Shown: positions 30,364 through 39,392 of the stretch, piece by piece
Position numbering within the stretch: position 1 is the first letter of the stretch
Layout: every line of letters begins with the position of its first letter
NCBI GenBank assembly: GCA_028572065.1
Contig: JAPVWK010000001.1
Span: forward strand, 1-45,008
Length of the DNA: 45,008 bases
Direction of reading: 5' to 3'
Source: Candidatus Methanophagales archaeon
GTDB lineage: Archaea; Halobacteriota; Syntropharchaeia; Alkanophagales; Methanospirareceae
Position numbers and translations under genes: made by a program
The notes under the pieces: model-generated
Databases searched by the model: none
Seen by the model: only the letters and a program-made list of their open reading frames with translations
What the model was told of the DNA's origin: nothing

Positions 30364-32685
30364 TCATAGAATGTTCCCCCGCCACGCGCCCCTTAATTCA
30401 CCCAACGAAAGATCCACCAACGCCCTGTTACCATCACAAACGTCAACCCTCTTCGCATCCAGAACCTCACCGATTTTAATTACCGGCTGTCCCGCCATAA
30501 CAGCCTCAAATTTTGATGCTTCCTCTTGCCACACCTCAACAACCCACCTCGTGTTAGATTCCGAAAACAACTTGTAGTCACTTCTTAGCTTCGTATTTAC
30601 ACCCGCAATATCTATAGTAGCACCGAGGTCACCGCCTATTAACATCTCGCAGACGGCAACTGCAAGCCCACCTTCCGAAACGTCATGGCAGCTCGCTATC
30701 AGACCTTCTTGCATACTACCCAGTAAAGCACCCATTCGCTTCTTCAACACGTCCGGGTTCGTTTCTGGTACAACAACACCGTCCAGACCGCTCAACCTGA
30801 AATACTCGCTACCACCCAGTTCCTTATTCGTATCGCCGATCACATACAACAAATTCCCGGACTCTTTCACGTCCACACTAACGCAGTCTCTTACGTCTTC
30901 GCACAGCCCGATACCCAGAATAGTAGGAGTCGGCGGAATAGCTTCACCCATAGCTGCGGATTCGTTATACAAGCTCACATTACCACTCACAAACGGTATC
31001 CCCAACGCAGAAGCCATATACCCGAGCCCGCGACAGCTTTCATAGAACTCACCCATCCGGTCGGGCTTCTCAGGATTACCGAAATTCAAACAATCCGCAA
31101 ACGAATGAGCCACGGCACCCACAGCCGTCAAATTACGGCAGACTTCGTCCACCGCACTTGCCGCACCCCAAAACGGATTGATATTGCAATACGAAGGGTT
31201 TACATCCGCGGTAATCGCAAGTCCTTTATATGATTCTTCCACAGGCTTTATCACCGTGGCATCGCCATGCGTCTCTTTACCTTTTAGCCCTTGCAGTGGC
31301 TTTATTACCGTGGAAGCACGTACTTCATGGTCGTATTGTCTTATAACAGCTTCGCGTGAGCTGATATTTAACGCTGCGAGCAGCTTTTTCACTGTTTCGT
31401 TGTAGTCCACCGGCTCTGCTACGGAAAGCTCTTCGGTCTGCTCTGTCTTTAGTACCGTCTTCGGACGTTCATAAAGAGAACAGGCCACGAGGAAATCGGT
31501 ATCCAGCTCGAATATCAACTCATCCTGTAAATAAATCCTTACCTGCGAAGCTTGCGTACCGTTTTTGCTCGAACGGTTCTTAACAGTTTTGCCTATGGCC
31601 ACGGCATCTACGTCCCATTTGTCGAATATTTCATGCAATGCCGCCTCTTTCTCCGGCTGCACTGCCATTAGAAACCGTTCCTGCGATTCCGAAATCCAGA
31701 TCTCCCAGGCGTTAAGACCCGGTTCTTTTAATTCCACCGTCTCCAACTGTATTTCCGCACCGCATCCCCCGGCATGACACATCTCATTCACAGCACACGA
31801 CAAGCCGCCGCCACCGAGGTCTTTCATGCCGCTTATTAGACCTTTGTCGTTACATTCGAGTATAGCGTGCATTAGCGGTTCTTTCGTTATCGGGTCACCA
31901 ACCTGAACGGCACTTCGGGACTCTTCTTCACCTGTTAACTCGACAGACGCAAAAGTAACGCCGTGTATGCCATCCCGCCCGGTTTTTCCGCCGACCAGAA
32001 CAAGCACCTCACCCGGCTTCGCACGGCTTCTACTCAGGTCGGATTTCCGCATTATTCCCACGCAGCCCACGTTCACCACGCAATTGCCCACGTACCCGTC
32101 ATGGAAATAGACCATACCTGCACACGTTGGGATGCCTATACGGTTCCCGTAATCGCCTATACCTGATACAACACCGTCAAACAAGAATCTTGGATGTTTT
32201 ACGCCTTCCGGCACTTTTTCATCCGGATAATCTAACGGACCAAAGAACAGGGGGTCAATTAATGCGACTGGCTGTGCGCCCATACATATCACGTCCCGGA
32301 CAATGCCGCCTATCCCGGTTGCCGCACCACCATAAGGTTCTACCGCGGAAGGATGGTTATGGCTCTCGAACGCCAGGACATAAGCGTGTTCCTTGTCGAA
32401 TTCCACGACTCCCGCATCTTCTTTTATCACTAACATATTTTGTGGCGCTGTTATGCCAAAGATAAACTCTTTCAATATATTCTTCGAGCTTTTATAGCCG
32501 CAATGTTCCGACCACGATTGCGCTATGCACTGGACCTCTACATCAGTCGGTTCCCGCCCTTTTGCTACGAAATAGTGTTTTAGCCGTTGCATCTCATCTA
32601 AATTTAGCGAAAGTCCCATACTGTCACTTATTAGTTTCAATTCGGCATCTTCGGCATCCCGTAATCTTACTTCAACCCTTTTCAT
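30364..32685 (-). CDS. purL: Phosphoribosylformylglycinamidine synthase subunit PurL
   Basis: 773 aa. EPTDVE.....QSWSEHCGYK, HNHPSAVEPYGGAATGIGG and the duplicated AIR-synthase-like halves are all present. Confidence 0.9.
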   Translation of the reverse strand: MKRVEVRLRDAEDAELKLISDSMGLSLNLDEMQRLKHYFVAKGREPTDVEVQCIAQSWSEHCGYKSSKNILKEFIFGITAPQNMLVIKEDAGVVEFDKEHAYVLAFESHNHPSAVEPYGGAATGIGGIVRDVICMGAQPVALIDPLFFGPLDYPDEKVPEGVKHPRFLFDGVVSGIGDYGNRIGIPTCAGMVYFHDGYVGNCVVNVGCVGIMRKSDLSRSRAKPGEVLVLVGGKTGRDGIHGVTFASVELTGEEESRSAVQVGDPITKEPLMHAILECNDKGLISGMKDLGGGGLSCAVNEMCHAGGCGAEIQLETVELKEPGLNAWEIWISESQERFLMAVQPEKEAALHEIFDKWDVDAVAIGKTVKNRSSKNGTQASQVRIYLQDELIFELDTDFLVACSLYERPKTVLKTEQTEELSVAEPVDYNETVKKLLAALNISSREAVIRQYDHEVRASTVIKPLQGLKGKETHGDATVIKPVEESYKGLAITADVNPSYCNINPFWGAASAVDEVCRNLTAVGAVAHSFADCLNFGNPEKPDRMGEFYESCRGLGYMASALGIPFVSGNVSLYNESAAMGEAIPPTPTILGIGLCEDVRDCVSVDVKESGNLLYVIGDTNKELGGSEYFRLSGLDGVVVPETNPDVLKKRMGALLGSMQEGLIASCHDVSEGGLAVAVCEMLIGGDLGATIDIAGVNTKLRSDYKLFSESNTRWVVEVWQEEASKFEAVMAGQPVIKIGEVLDAKRVDVCDGNRALVDLSLGELRGAWRGNIL

Positions 32686-32817
32686 TGTTTCGTCCTTTTA
32701 TAATCGGTTACACAGATATTCTACACGGAAACATATAGTTTTTATGGAATTATGTTTTTTCGCTAACCACAGATTAGGGAACTCCTAGTAAATAGTTTAC
32801 CCATTTTGATAAATATC

Positions 32818-32996
32818 GTTGACACAGATTTCACAGATTTACACAGGCGGTACAGTCCTGATGATTAAGTTTTTACGGGTTGAATCAAAACAAGAAAAAA
32901 TAATAATCGGACGCAGATGACCGCAAATTAACGCAGAAGAACTCAAATCTGCGTAAATCCGTATGAATCTGCGTCCTAAATAGTTAGAAGTTGTAC
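32818..32996 (+). repeat. Dispersed repeat family, long copy C
   Basis: gttgacacagatttcacagatttacacagg ... ttacgggttgaatcaaaac ... ataatcggacgcagatgaccgcaaattaacgcagaagaactcaaatctgcgtaaatccgtatgaatctgcgtcctaaatagttagaagttgtac. The 9-nt inverted repeat is ggacgcaga (32909-32917) and tctgcgtcc (32968-32976). Confidence 0.85.
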
Positions 32997-33037
32997 TGTA
33001 TATACAATAAAAATACAAAAGATGAATAAAACGGCAT

Positions 33038-34903
33038 TTACCTTTTCCGCCTTATTCCATACACCGCAGCAACAGCCAACAATCCCGCAAGCGCTAATAT
33101 CCCCGCGGGCGTTAGTACCGGTACTTCTGCTGTTTCCTGTATTTGCGCCACGTCCCAGGTCCAGGTCTGCATATCAGTTCCATTCGCATTCGCAGCCACC
33201 GCCGAAACGTTATGCTTACCTGCTACTTCTGCTTGCAACCGGTAACTCGCATCCGTTACGCTTTCGTTTGTGCCCGGCAGTAGTGTACCCTCTAAATACC
33301 AGCTCACGCTTACTGTTTGATTCACGCTAACGCTGAACATCGTCCAGTTGCCGACCGTAGCACTAACCTGCGATGGCGGCATGAAAGACGTGATTTCCGG
33401 TGCTGCTGCTTGCTCCTTCGCTTGCAGTCTGGCACGGAGACATGCGTTAGAATCATAGTATTCTAAGTCCGTCCAGGAATCGCTTGCATTGAACCTTATA
33501 AAGCTCACATTCGACTGTATAGGTGGCTCCACCAGCCCTGTGATTTCATATTCAACTGGTACAGGGTAATCAAATCCAGGAGTGGTCATCTTAACACCAA
33601 CTGTGAATTGTTGACCTGCATCCATTGAAATCGGTGCGCTCAGAGGTATAGAGTAATAACCAAACTCCTGACAGTTGCCGGTTTGATGCGCAAGCTCAGT
33701 TCCAAAGAAATTATCCCAGACATAGAACTCATACTGCGCATTGTTGCTCGTGGTCCAGAAGTCAACATGGGTTAAATCCCCTGATTGTGCGGCGGTAAAG
33801 ACACTTGCCATCCAGGCGCTGTTGTCAAGGTAGCCCACAGCCCTTACAAAACCAGCCTCATCCCAGTAAAGCAGTTCTTCATCCGGTACATGGTCTTTAT
33901 ACTCAAGATAGGCCATTTCATGGACACAACTTGAGTTGTATGCAAGATAGAAATAGCCTTCATTTCCCCAATCTGTGCCCCAACTGTTCTTGGCGATCCA
34001 TGCTCCTGTTCCGTCATGGGCTGGGTTGGGATGCGGGACTGAATCGTTCCAGCCTATGATTGATACTAAGTGCCAACCTGCTCCAATGAGTGGTGGGCAT
34101 GGATAATAGTCATAAATAGTTCCCCAAGGTTCAACAGTATAGAACGCACTCCCATTGACAAAAAAACTCATTGTAACCGGTCCATGATTACATACCGCAT
34201 CTTTTATCACATCTATTTGTGAGCCGTCATTCGTTGCAAGGCGGTATCCGTCAACTTTCTTGACATGTGTACAATCATCACAGACACACGACCCATCACA
34301 GTTCAAAGCCGTGGTGTTGTAAGGATTGCATGATTCCAGAACCGAACCTTTCTTGAGGAATACCTCGGCGGCCTGCCAACTCCAGCCACCTGCGTCACCA
34401 GGGTCGTCAGCGTCGTCATACATATAGGTCCATGAACGGTCAACGCATAGGGCTACGCTCTGCTCTGAAAAATCATATGCACTTTCGCCCATTATTAGAA
34501 CTGCCGATTCCAGCACCGATGTAGTCCCAAAAATCCAGCAGGTGCCACAAGGTCTCTGGTCTTTGACCGTAGTCACCTTACCATAATCGCGCCAGTCGAA
34601 GCTGCTGGAGAACTCCTGAGCCTGCAGCGGTTTAACCTGAAGCGAATCCAGGTGGCTCAAGTCCATAGGTGGTGGAATATAACCGTAAAAAGGCTCGGGC
34701 GGATTCTCACAAAACTCAACAAAATCAGGATTTAGTTCAGCCAACTGTAGTACTTCCGTTCCCACTTCTCCCTGCAGGTCACCATCCGTAGCGGCACAAA
34801 TACTAATTCCAACAGGCATGGGCAGTGCACTTGTAACTAAGACAAATGCCATTAATGCCACAATTAATGATACTATCGGTTTTTTTATCTTTCCTTTTCC
34901 CAT
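33038..34903 (-). CDS. Secreted papain-family (C1) cysteine protease with Ig/PKD-like domain and C-terminal TP-x-G sorting signal
   Basis: Signal peptide at the N-terminus. QRPCGTCWIFGTTS carries the catalytic Cys, GWHLVSIIGW the His and KNSWGTDWGNEGY the Asn-Ser-Trp motif. The C-terminus is VLTPAGILALAGLLAVAAVYGIRRKR. Confidence 0.85.
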   Translation of the reverse strand: MGKGKIKKPIVSLIVALMAFVLVTSALPMPVGISICAATDGDLQGEVGTEVLQLAELNPDFVEFCENPPEPFYGYIPPPMDLSHLDSLQVKPLQAQEFSSSFDWRDYGKVTTVKDQRPCGTCWIFGTTSVLESAVLIMGESAYDFSEQSVALCVDRSWTYMYDDADDPGDAGGWSWQAAEVFLKKGSVLESCNPYNTTALNCDGSCVCDDCTHVKKVDGYRLATNDGSQIDVIKDAVCNHGPVTMSFFVNGSAFYTVEPWGTIYDYYPCPPLIGAGWHLVSIIGWNDSVPHPNPAHDGTGAWIAKNSWGTDWGNEGYFYLAYNSSCVHEMAYLEYKDHVPDEELLYWDEAGFVRAVGYLDNSAWMASVFTAAQSGDLTHVDFWTTSNNAQYEFYVWDNFFGTELAHQTGNCQEFGYYSIPLSAPISMDAGQQFTVGVKMTTPGFDYPVPVEYEITGLVEPPIQSNVSFIRFNASDSWTDLEYYDSNACLRARLQAKEQAAAPEITSFMPPSQVSATVGNWTMFSVSVNQTVSVSWYLEGTLLPGTNESVTDASYRLQAEVAGKHNVSAVAANANGTDMQTWTWDVAQIQETAEVPVLTPAGILALAGLLAVAAVYGIRRKR

Positions 34904-34953
34904 TTTTGATTTTACACTCCTGTGATACTGTTACAGCAAACATTATATAAAAG

Positions 34954-34972
34954 CATATGTTGAAAACACATG
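34954..34972. promoter_or_regulatory. 8-3-8 palindromic operator candidate CATATGTT-gaa-AACACATG, abutting the TATA box of the protease gene
   Basis: 16 of 19 positions are identical to 44188-44206. On the minus strand it is immediately followed by cTTTTATATAat (plus 34942-34953), 40-50 nt upstream of the ATG at 34903. Confidence 0.55.
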
Positions 34973-35133
34973 TTTTTAGCAGATGTTTAAATCATGTTTA
35001 TATAGCATCTGTTTCGTGTTGAGAGAAGTGCAAAAAAGCGTGTGGGCATATGAAGGGAAAGAAGGGGAAATACATAAAAGTTTGTTTTGTACCGGTACCG
35101 CAAAGAATCCCGGGATACGCATCAACTAAATTC

Positions 35134-35931
35134 TCAACCGAACTGTGACACCGAAGCGAGAATAAACCCAATCCCGGCAACTAAAACAATTGTAGCACCA
35201 GACGGTAGATTGAACGTATAAGACAGAAATAACCCGCTGATAGTTACGAACGCAGAAATGAATACCGAAAGAAGCATCATGCTACTCAACCGGTGCGAGA
35301 ACAGTCTGCTCATCGCTGCAGGTATGGTCAAGAGCGCAATGATCAGGATAACGCCTACTACCTGTATCAATACGACCACGGTCAATGCAATAAGACATAA
35401 AAGAATGAGGTATAATCGCTCTGCCGGAAGACCAATTACCGTTGCATACTCTTCGTCAAAAGAAATCGCCTGGAATTCGCGGTGTAATGCAAACACCACT
35501 ACGAGTATAACTGCGTTCAAACACAGCATCAGGATGATGTCCGAAGTAGGCACGGTTAAAATACTGCCGAATAGATAGCCAAACAGGTCCGGTGCATAAC
35601 CCGGTGTCAATCCTATGAGAATAATACCAATCGCCATACCCATAGCCCATAAAATGCCTATTGCTGTATCTTCCGGTATTTTTGTACGCTTCCCAACAAT
35701 GCCCATGCACAGTGCCGATGCGATGCTAAACGGGATAACGCCCAGAATAGGGTCCACACCCAGGAAATAGCCCAGACCAATACCACCAAAGGCGGCATGT
35801 GCTATTCCACCACTTATGAATACAATTCGCTTCACGACTACATAGACGCCGATAATTCCGCATGCGATGCTGGCTAACAACGCCGCTATAAGCGCGTTTC
35901 TCATGAAGTCATACTGCAATAGCTCTATCAT
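35134..35931 (-). CDS. Metal (Zn/Mn) ABC transporter permease, ABC-3/ZnuB family
   Basis: 265 aa with 8-9 TM segments. [41 protein letters not shown] is the ZnuB/TroCD signature. No cognate ATPase or binding protein lies adjacent. Confidence 0.8.
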   Translation of the reverse strand: MIELLQYDFMRNALIAALLASIACGIIGVYVVVKRIVFISGGIAHAAFGGIGLGYFLGVDPILGVIPFSIASALCMGIVGKRTKIPEDTAIGILWAMGMAIGIILIGLTPGYAPDLFGYLFGSILTVPTSDIILMLCLNAVILVVVFALHREFQAISFDEEYATVIGLPAERLYLILLCLIALTVVVLIQVVGVILIIALLTIPAAMSRLFSHRLSSMMLLSVFISAFVTISGLFLSYTFNLPSGATIVLVAGIGFILASVSQFG

Positions 35932-35971
35932 TTACTTATAGTTGTACCCATTTGCATATGTTTATGCCAAC

Positions 35972-36048
35972 GTTTTTATGGGTTGAATCAAAGTTAAAAA
36001 ACTACACTACTTTAAATCTGCGTTAATCGGCGTGAATCCGTGTCTTAA
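35972..36048 (+). repeat. Dispersed repeat family, degenerate copy D
   Basis: tttttatgggttgaatcaaag matches 32872-32893 of copy C. Then follows aaatctgcgttaatcggcgtgaatccgtgtcttaaaaatc, i.e. three 10-nt units with a decayed core. Confidence 0.6.
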
Positions 36049-36099
36049 AAATCTTTGGAAAATGATGCCGTTCGGGTAAATTATTATTTGTGAGTTACC

Positions 36100-37017
36100 C
36101 TATGTCGCTTTCAGCCGCTCTATTATCTCACAAGCCTTGCATATTCCAGATGCCGACGCTTCTCCACACAATTCGCACCGTAAAAGCGGCTTATCTGAGT
36201 GCACCTCCGGCAATAGCCGCAAAAACCGCTCATTACCGCGCATTAGCGCATATTTTGTCCCCGGATGTCTCATTTCAAATTCATTCAGCATCCTCTTCAC
36301 CGTGAAACGGAATGAAAGTTCGGCATAAGGACAATGAACCGTGCTTAGCGGTATTCCCGCGGTCAGAGCATACAACGCGACTTCCTTTTCCAGTACTGTT
36401 CTTAGCGGTTTAATCCGTGGAATAAACTCTTTCCTGCGACCGCCTACTCTTTTCAATCTACCTATATCGCCTCTTACATAGTTAATCATGATAGACTGAA
36501 CCTCATCGTCCAGATTATGAGCAGTAGCAACTTTCGTAGCACCCAATTCCCGCGCTTTTTTGTCTATCAGTTTCCGTCTCAAGACGCCACAGAACGTACA
36601 AGGCGCCTGCTCGAAGCCTTTTGATGCTATTTCGTCCTGTGTAAATCCAAATTCATCAGCGAAAGAGCAAATACACAGCTCTATTTCTAATTCTTTCGCA
36701 ATCTTCTTGGCGTTATTCAGTGTTAACGCACGAAAGCCACTTATGCCTTCATCCACTGCGAGTGCAAACATTTGCAGGTCATTGCGGTTGTGAAAAATCT
36801 TTTTTAGCATATACAAAAGTGCAGAGCTGTCTTTTCCACCGCTTAGTGCTACTGCTATCTTATCGCCTCGCTCTATCATGGACTGTTTCCTCATCTCTTT
36901 CTTCGCTTTCCCTTCTACGGTATCAACGAAATGATGTTCGCATAAATGCAGTCCCGCGTATTTCTGATGTATTATTGCAGTATTCTGGCATCCGCCTTTA
37001 TTGCATCTCACGGTCAT
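36100..37017 (-). CDS. PP-loop ATPase of the TtuA/NcsA (Ncs6/Ctu1-like) tRNA 2-thiolation family
   Basis: SGGKDS is the PP-loop. The N-terminal Zn finger is C-x4-C...C-x-H-H and the C-terminal one is CELCG...CKAC. The start is set at MTVRCNKGGC (37017); the track start is 37068. Confidence 0.75.
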   Translation of the reverse strand: MTVRCNKGGCQNTAIIHQKYAGLHLCEHHFVDTVEGKAKKEMRKQSMIERGDKIAVALSGGKDSSALLYMLKKIFHNRNDLQMFALAVDEGISGFRALTLNNAKKIAKELEIELCICSFADEFGFTQDEIASKGFEQAPCTFCGVLRRKLIDKKARELGATKVATAHNLDDEVQSIMINYVRGDIGRLKRVGGRRKEFIPRIKPLRTVLEKEVALYALTAGIPLSTVHCPYAELSFRFTVKRMLNEFEMRHPGTKYALMRGNERFLRLLPEVHSDKPLLRCELCGEASASGICKACEIIERLKAT

Positions 37018-37099
37018 TGTCTCTGTTTTTGCGCGACAAAAAGTTTTGGGTGCTATATTCTTGTGCACTTATCTTTTATTTACTGTTAGGCATAAAGGC

Positions 37100-39109
37100 A
37101 TGAGATGGGACGATAATGAATACGTGAGGTATTTCAGCGAACTCGTGGAGTTAGAACGCGAAGAACAGATGCGTTTGCATGAAGAGGAGATGCGGCGATT
37201 GAGCGGCCGCGAGAGGGAAGAGAAGGGGCGTGCATTTCTGAAGCTGAAAGGCAAATCGCAGGGTTTGGGATTGGGTGGCAAATACTTAGTAAAGTTCAAA
37301 AAAGTAGCAGAGGCACTGCCAGATAGCGAAATAGAAGTTGGAGACCTAGTTTTAGTGAGTAAACCAGGTACTGCACCATGGGATGATGATAATCCGATGG
37401 GAACGGTAGCAGAAAAGAGTTTGTACACAATCACGGTTGCGTTTGATGACACGCCGCCGGGTTTTGTATTCCGTAAAGACCTCCGGATAGACCTTTTTGT
37501 GAATGACATCACGTTTCAACGGATGCTTGAAGCATTAAAGAAGTTTAAAAGACTACCGAGCTGGCGAAAGGATAAACTACTCGGTAAAACAGCACCGGAG
37601 TTCGGTAAGATAGACGAGCTAGACTTTATTAATCCGGCATTGAACAAGAGGCAGCAGGATGCAGTACTGAGAAGTATGGCAGCGCGTGATTTCTTTCTCA
37701 TTCATGGACCGCCGGGGACGGGAAAGACAATCACCTGCATAGAGCTGATAGCGCAATTAGTACATCGCGGTCACCGAGGTTTAGCTGCTGCGGACTCTAA
37801 CGTGGCAGTGGATAATCTGGTCGAGCGGTTAGATAAGATTGGTCTGAAAGTAGTGCGGATAGGACATCCTGCACGTGTGATTCCGGCTTTAAGGTGCAGG
37901 AGCCTGGATTATCTGGTTCAGGACGAAGCCGAATATATAGCTGCACAGAATCTAAGAGAAAGAGCGTATAGGCTAAAAGAAGGTATGGACGGGTCTACGC
38001 GACCTGAAATGCGCTGGAGACGTGGGTTGAGTGACGAAGCGATAGCGGAACTTGCAACGGCAGGAAAAACCACACGCGGGATACCGCAGAAGAAGATAGA
38101 GGGCATGAAACGCTGGATTGGTTTGAAGCAAAAGATAGATAAGTTATTCGGCGAGGCACGGCAACTGGAGGAGCGAGCGGTAAGGCGGATTATAGACAAT
38201 GCGGAAGTGATTTGTGCAACGAACAGCACTGTGGGTTCTGAGATATTGAAAACCAAGAAGTTCGACTTCGCGGTTATAGACGAAGCCACGCAGTCAACAG
38301 AACCTTCGTCGTTGATTTCCGTGCTCAAGACGAAGAGGTTCATTATGGCGGGTGATCACAAGCAGTTGCCACCTACGGTTTTGAACAAAGAGGCGGCGAG
38401 ATGTGGCTTGAGCACGAGCTTATTTGAACGACTTCTGGAAATTCATGGCAATAAAATACGGGTGATGCTTGAAGTTCAGTACAGAATGAGCGAGGAGATA
38501 GCGGAATTCCCGAGTAACGAGTTTTATGACGGTAAGCTAAAGGCCGGAGAAAACGTAAAGCGCCAAACCCTGGATGATTTACTGCAACCAATGCCAAAAA
38601 ACGATGAACAAGAGGGTGTTTTAGATTTTGTGCTACAGGAATACCCATTTGTGTTTATTGATACCGTGGACGGCGGAGTTGAATTCAAGGATAAGACCCG
38701 GAAAGGCGCTACGTCTAAGGAGAACGAAGGCGAAGCGCAGTTGGTTACTGATATTGTAGAACTGTTATTGAACAGGGGTATAAAGCCCGAAGATATAGCG
38801 GTTATATCGCCGTATGATGCGCAGGTAGGACTTATTAGAAAGATGCTCCGAGTGGATGACCTGGAGATAAAGACGGTGGATGGTTTTCAGGGCAGAGAGA
38901 AAGAGGTGGTTATTGTGTCTTTTGTTCGGAGTAATAACTATGGCGAGATTGGGTTCCTAAAGGATTTGAGACGGCTTAATGTGTCCATAACGAGAGCAAA
39001 AAGGAAGTTGGTTTTGATTGGTGATTCTAAAACGCTTGCGACTGAAGGCTGTTATGAACGGCTTGTTGCAGTGGCAAAGGCGAGAGGCGGGTATGAACGT
39101 GTGGTTTAG
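37100..39109 (+). CDS. Superfamily 1B helicase, Upf1/IGHMBP2 (DNA2/NAM7)-like
   Basis: GPPGTGKT (motif I), AADSNVAVDNL, VIDEATQ (motif II), AGDHKQLPPTV (motif III), LEVQYRM, VDGFQGREKEVV and VSITRAKRKL (motif VI). The start is chosen at the ATG at 37100 to avoid overlap with the divergent gene. Confidence 0.85.
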   Translation: MRWDDNEYVRYFSELVELEREEQMRLHEEEMRRLSGREREEKGRAFLKLKGKSQGLGLGGKYLVKFKKVAEALPDSEIEVGDLVLVSKPGTAPWDDDNPMGTVAEKSLYTITVAFDDTPPGFVFRKDLRIDLFVNDITFQRMLEALKKFKRLPSWRKDKLLGKTAPEFGKIDELDFINPALNKRQQDAVLRSMAARDFFLIHGPPGTGKTITCIELIAQLVHRGHRGLAAADSNVAVDNLVERLDKIGLKVVRIGHPARVIPALRCRSLDYLVQDEAEYIAAQNLRERAYRLKEGMDGSTRPEMRWRRGLSDEAIAELATAGKTTRGIPQKKIEGMKRWIGLKQKIDKLFGEARQLEERAVRRIIDNAEVICATNSTVGSEILKTKKFDFAVIDEATQSTEPSSLISVLKTKRFIMAGDHKQLPPTVLNKEAARCGLSTSLFERLLEIHGNKIRVMLEVQYRMSEEIAEFPSNEFYDGKLKAGENVKRQTLDDLLQPMPKNDEQEGVLDFVLQEYPFVFIDTVDGGVEFKDKTRKGATSKENEGEAQLVTDIVELLLNRGIKPEDIAVISPYDAQVGLIRKMLRVDDLEIKTVDGFQGREKEVVIVSFVRSNNYGEIGFLKDLRRLNVSITRAKRKLVLIGDSKTLATEGCYERLVAVAKARGGYERVV

Positions 39110-39198
39110 GTTCTTGTGTGTTCGGTTAATATAACCCACCAAAAGTAAAGACCTAAAAAAGTATTTTCAAAAAGCATAAAATTCAACTAAAAATAATT

Positions 39199-39288
39199 GT
39201 TGACACAGATTAACGCTGATTAACGCAGAAGGAACTAAATCCGTGTGAATCCGTGTGAATCTGCGTCCTAAATAGTTAGAAGTTATAC
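39199..39288 (+). repeat. Dispersed repeat family, copy E
   Basis: gttgacacagattaacgctgattaacgcagaaggaactaaatccgtgtgaatccgtgtgaatctgcgtcctaaatagttagaagttatac. Confidence 0.85.
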
Positions 39289-39392
39289 GGTAATATACAA
39301 GAACAAAGTTAGGATACCCTTAGCCATTTGCTGCGTTCGATTTGACAATATTGAAAAAGTTTTATTTTAGATACACCAATTTGTATTTCATA

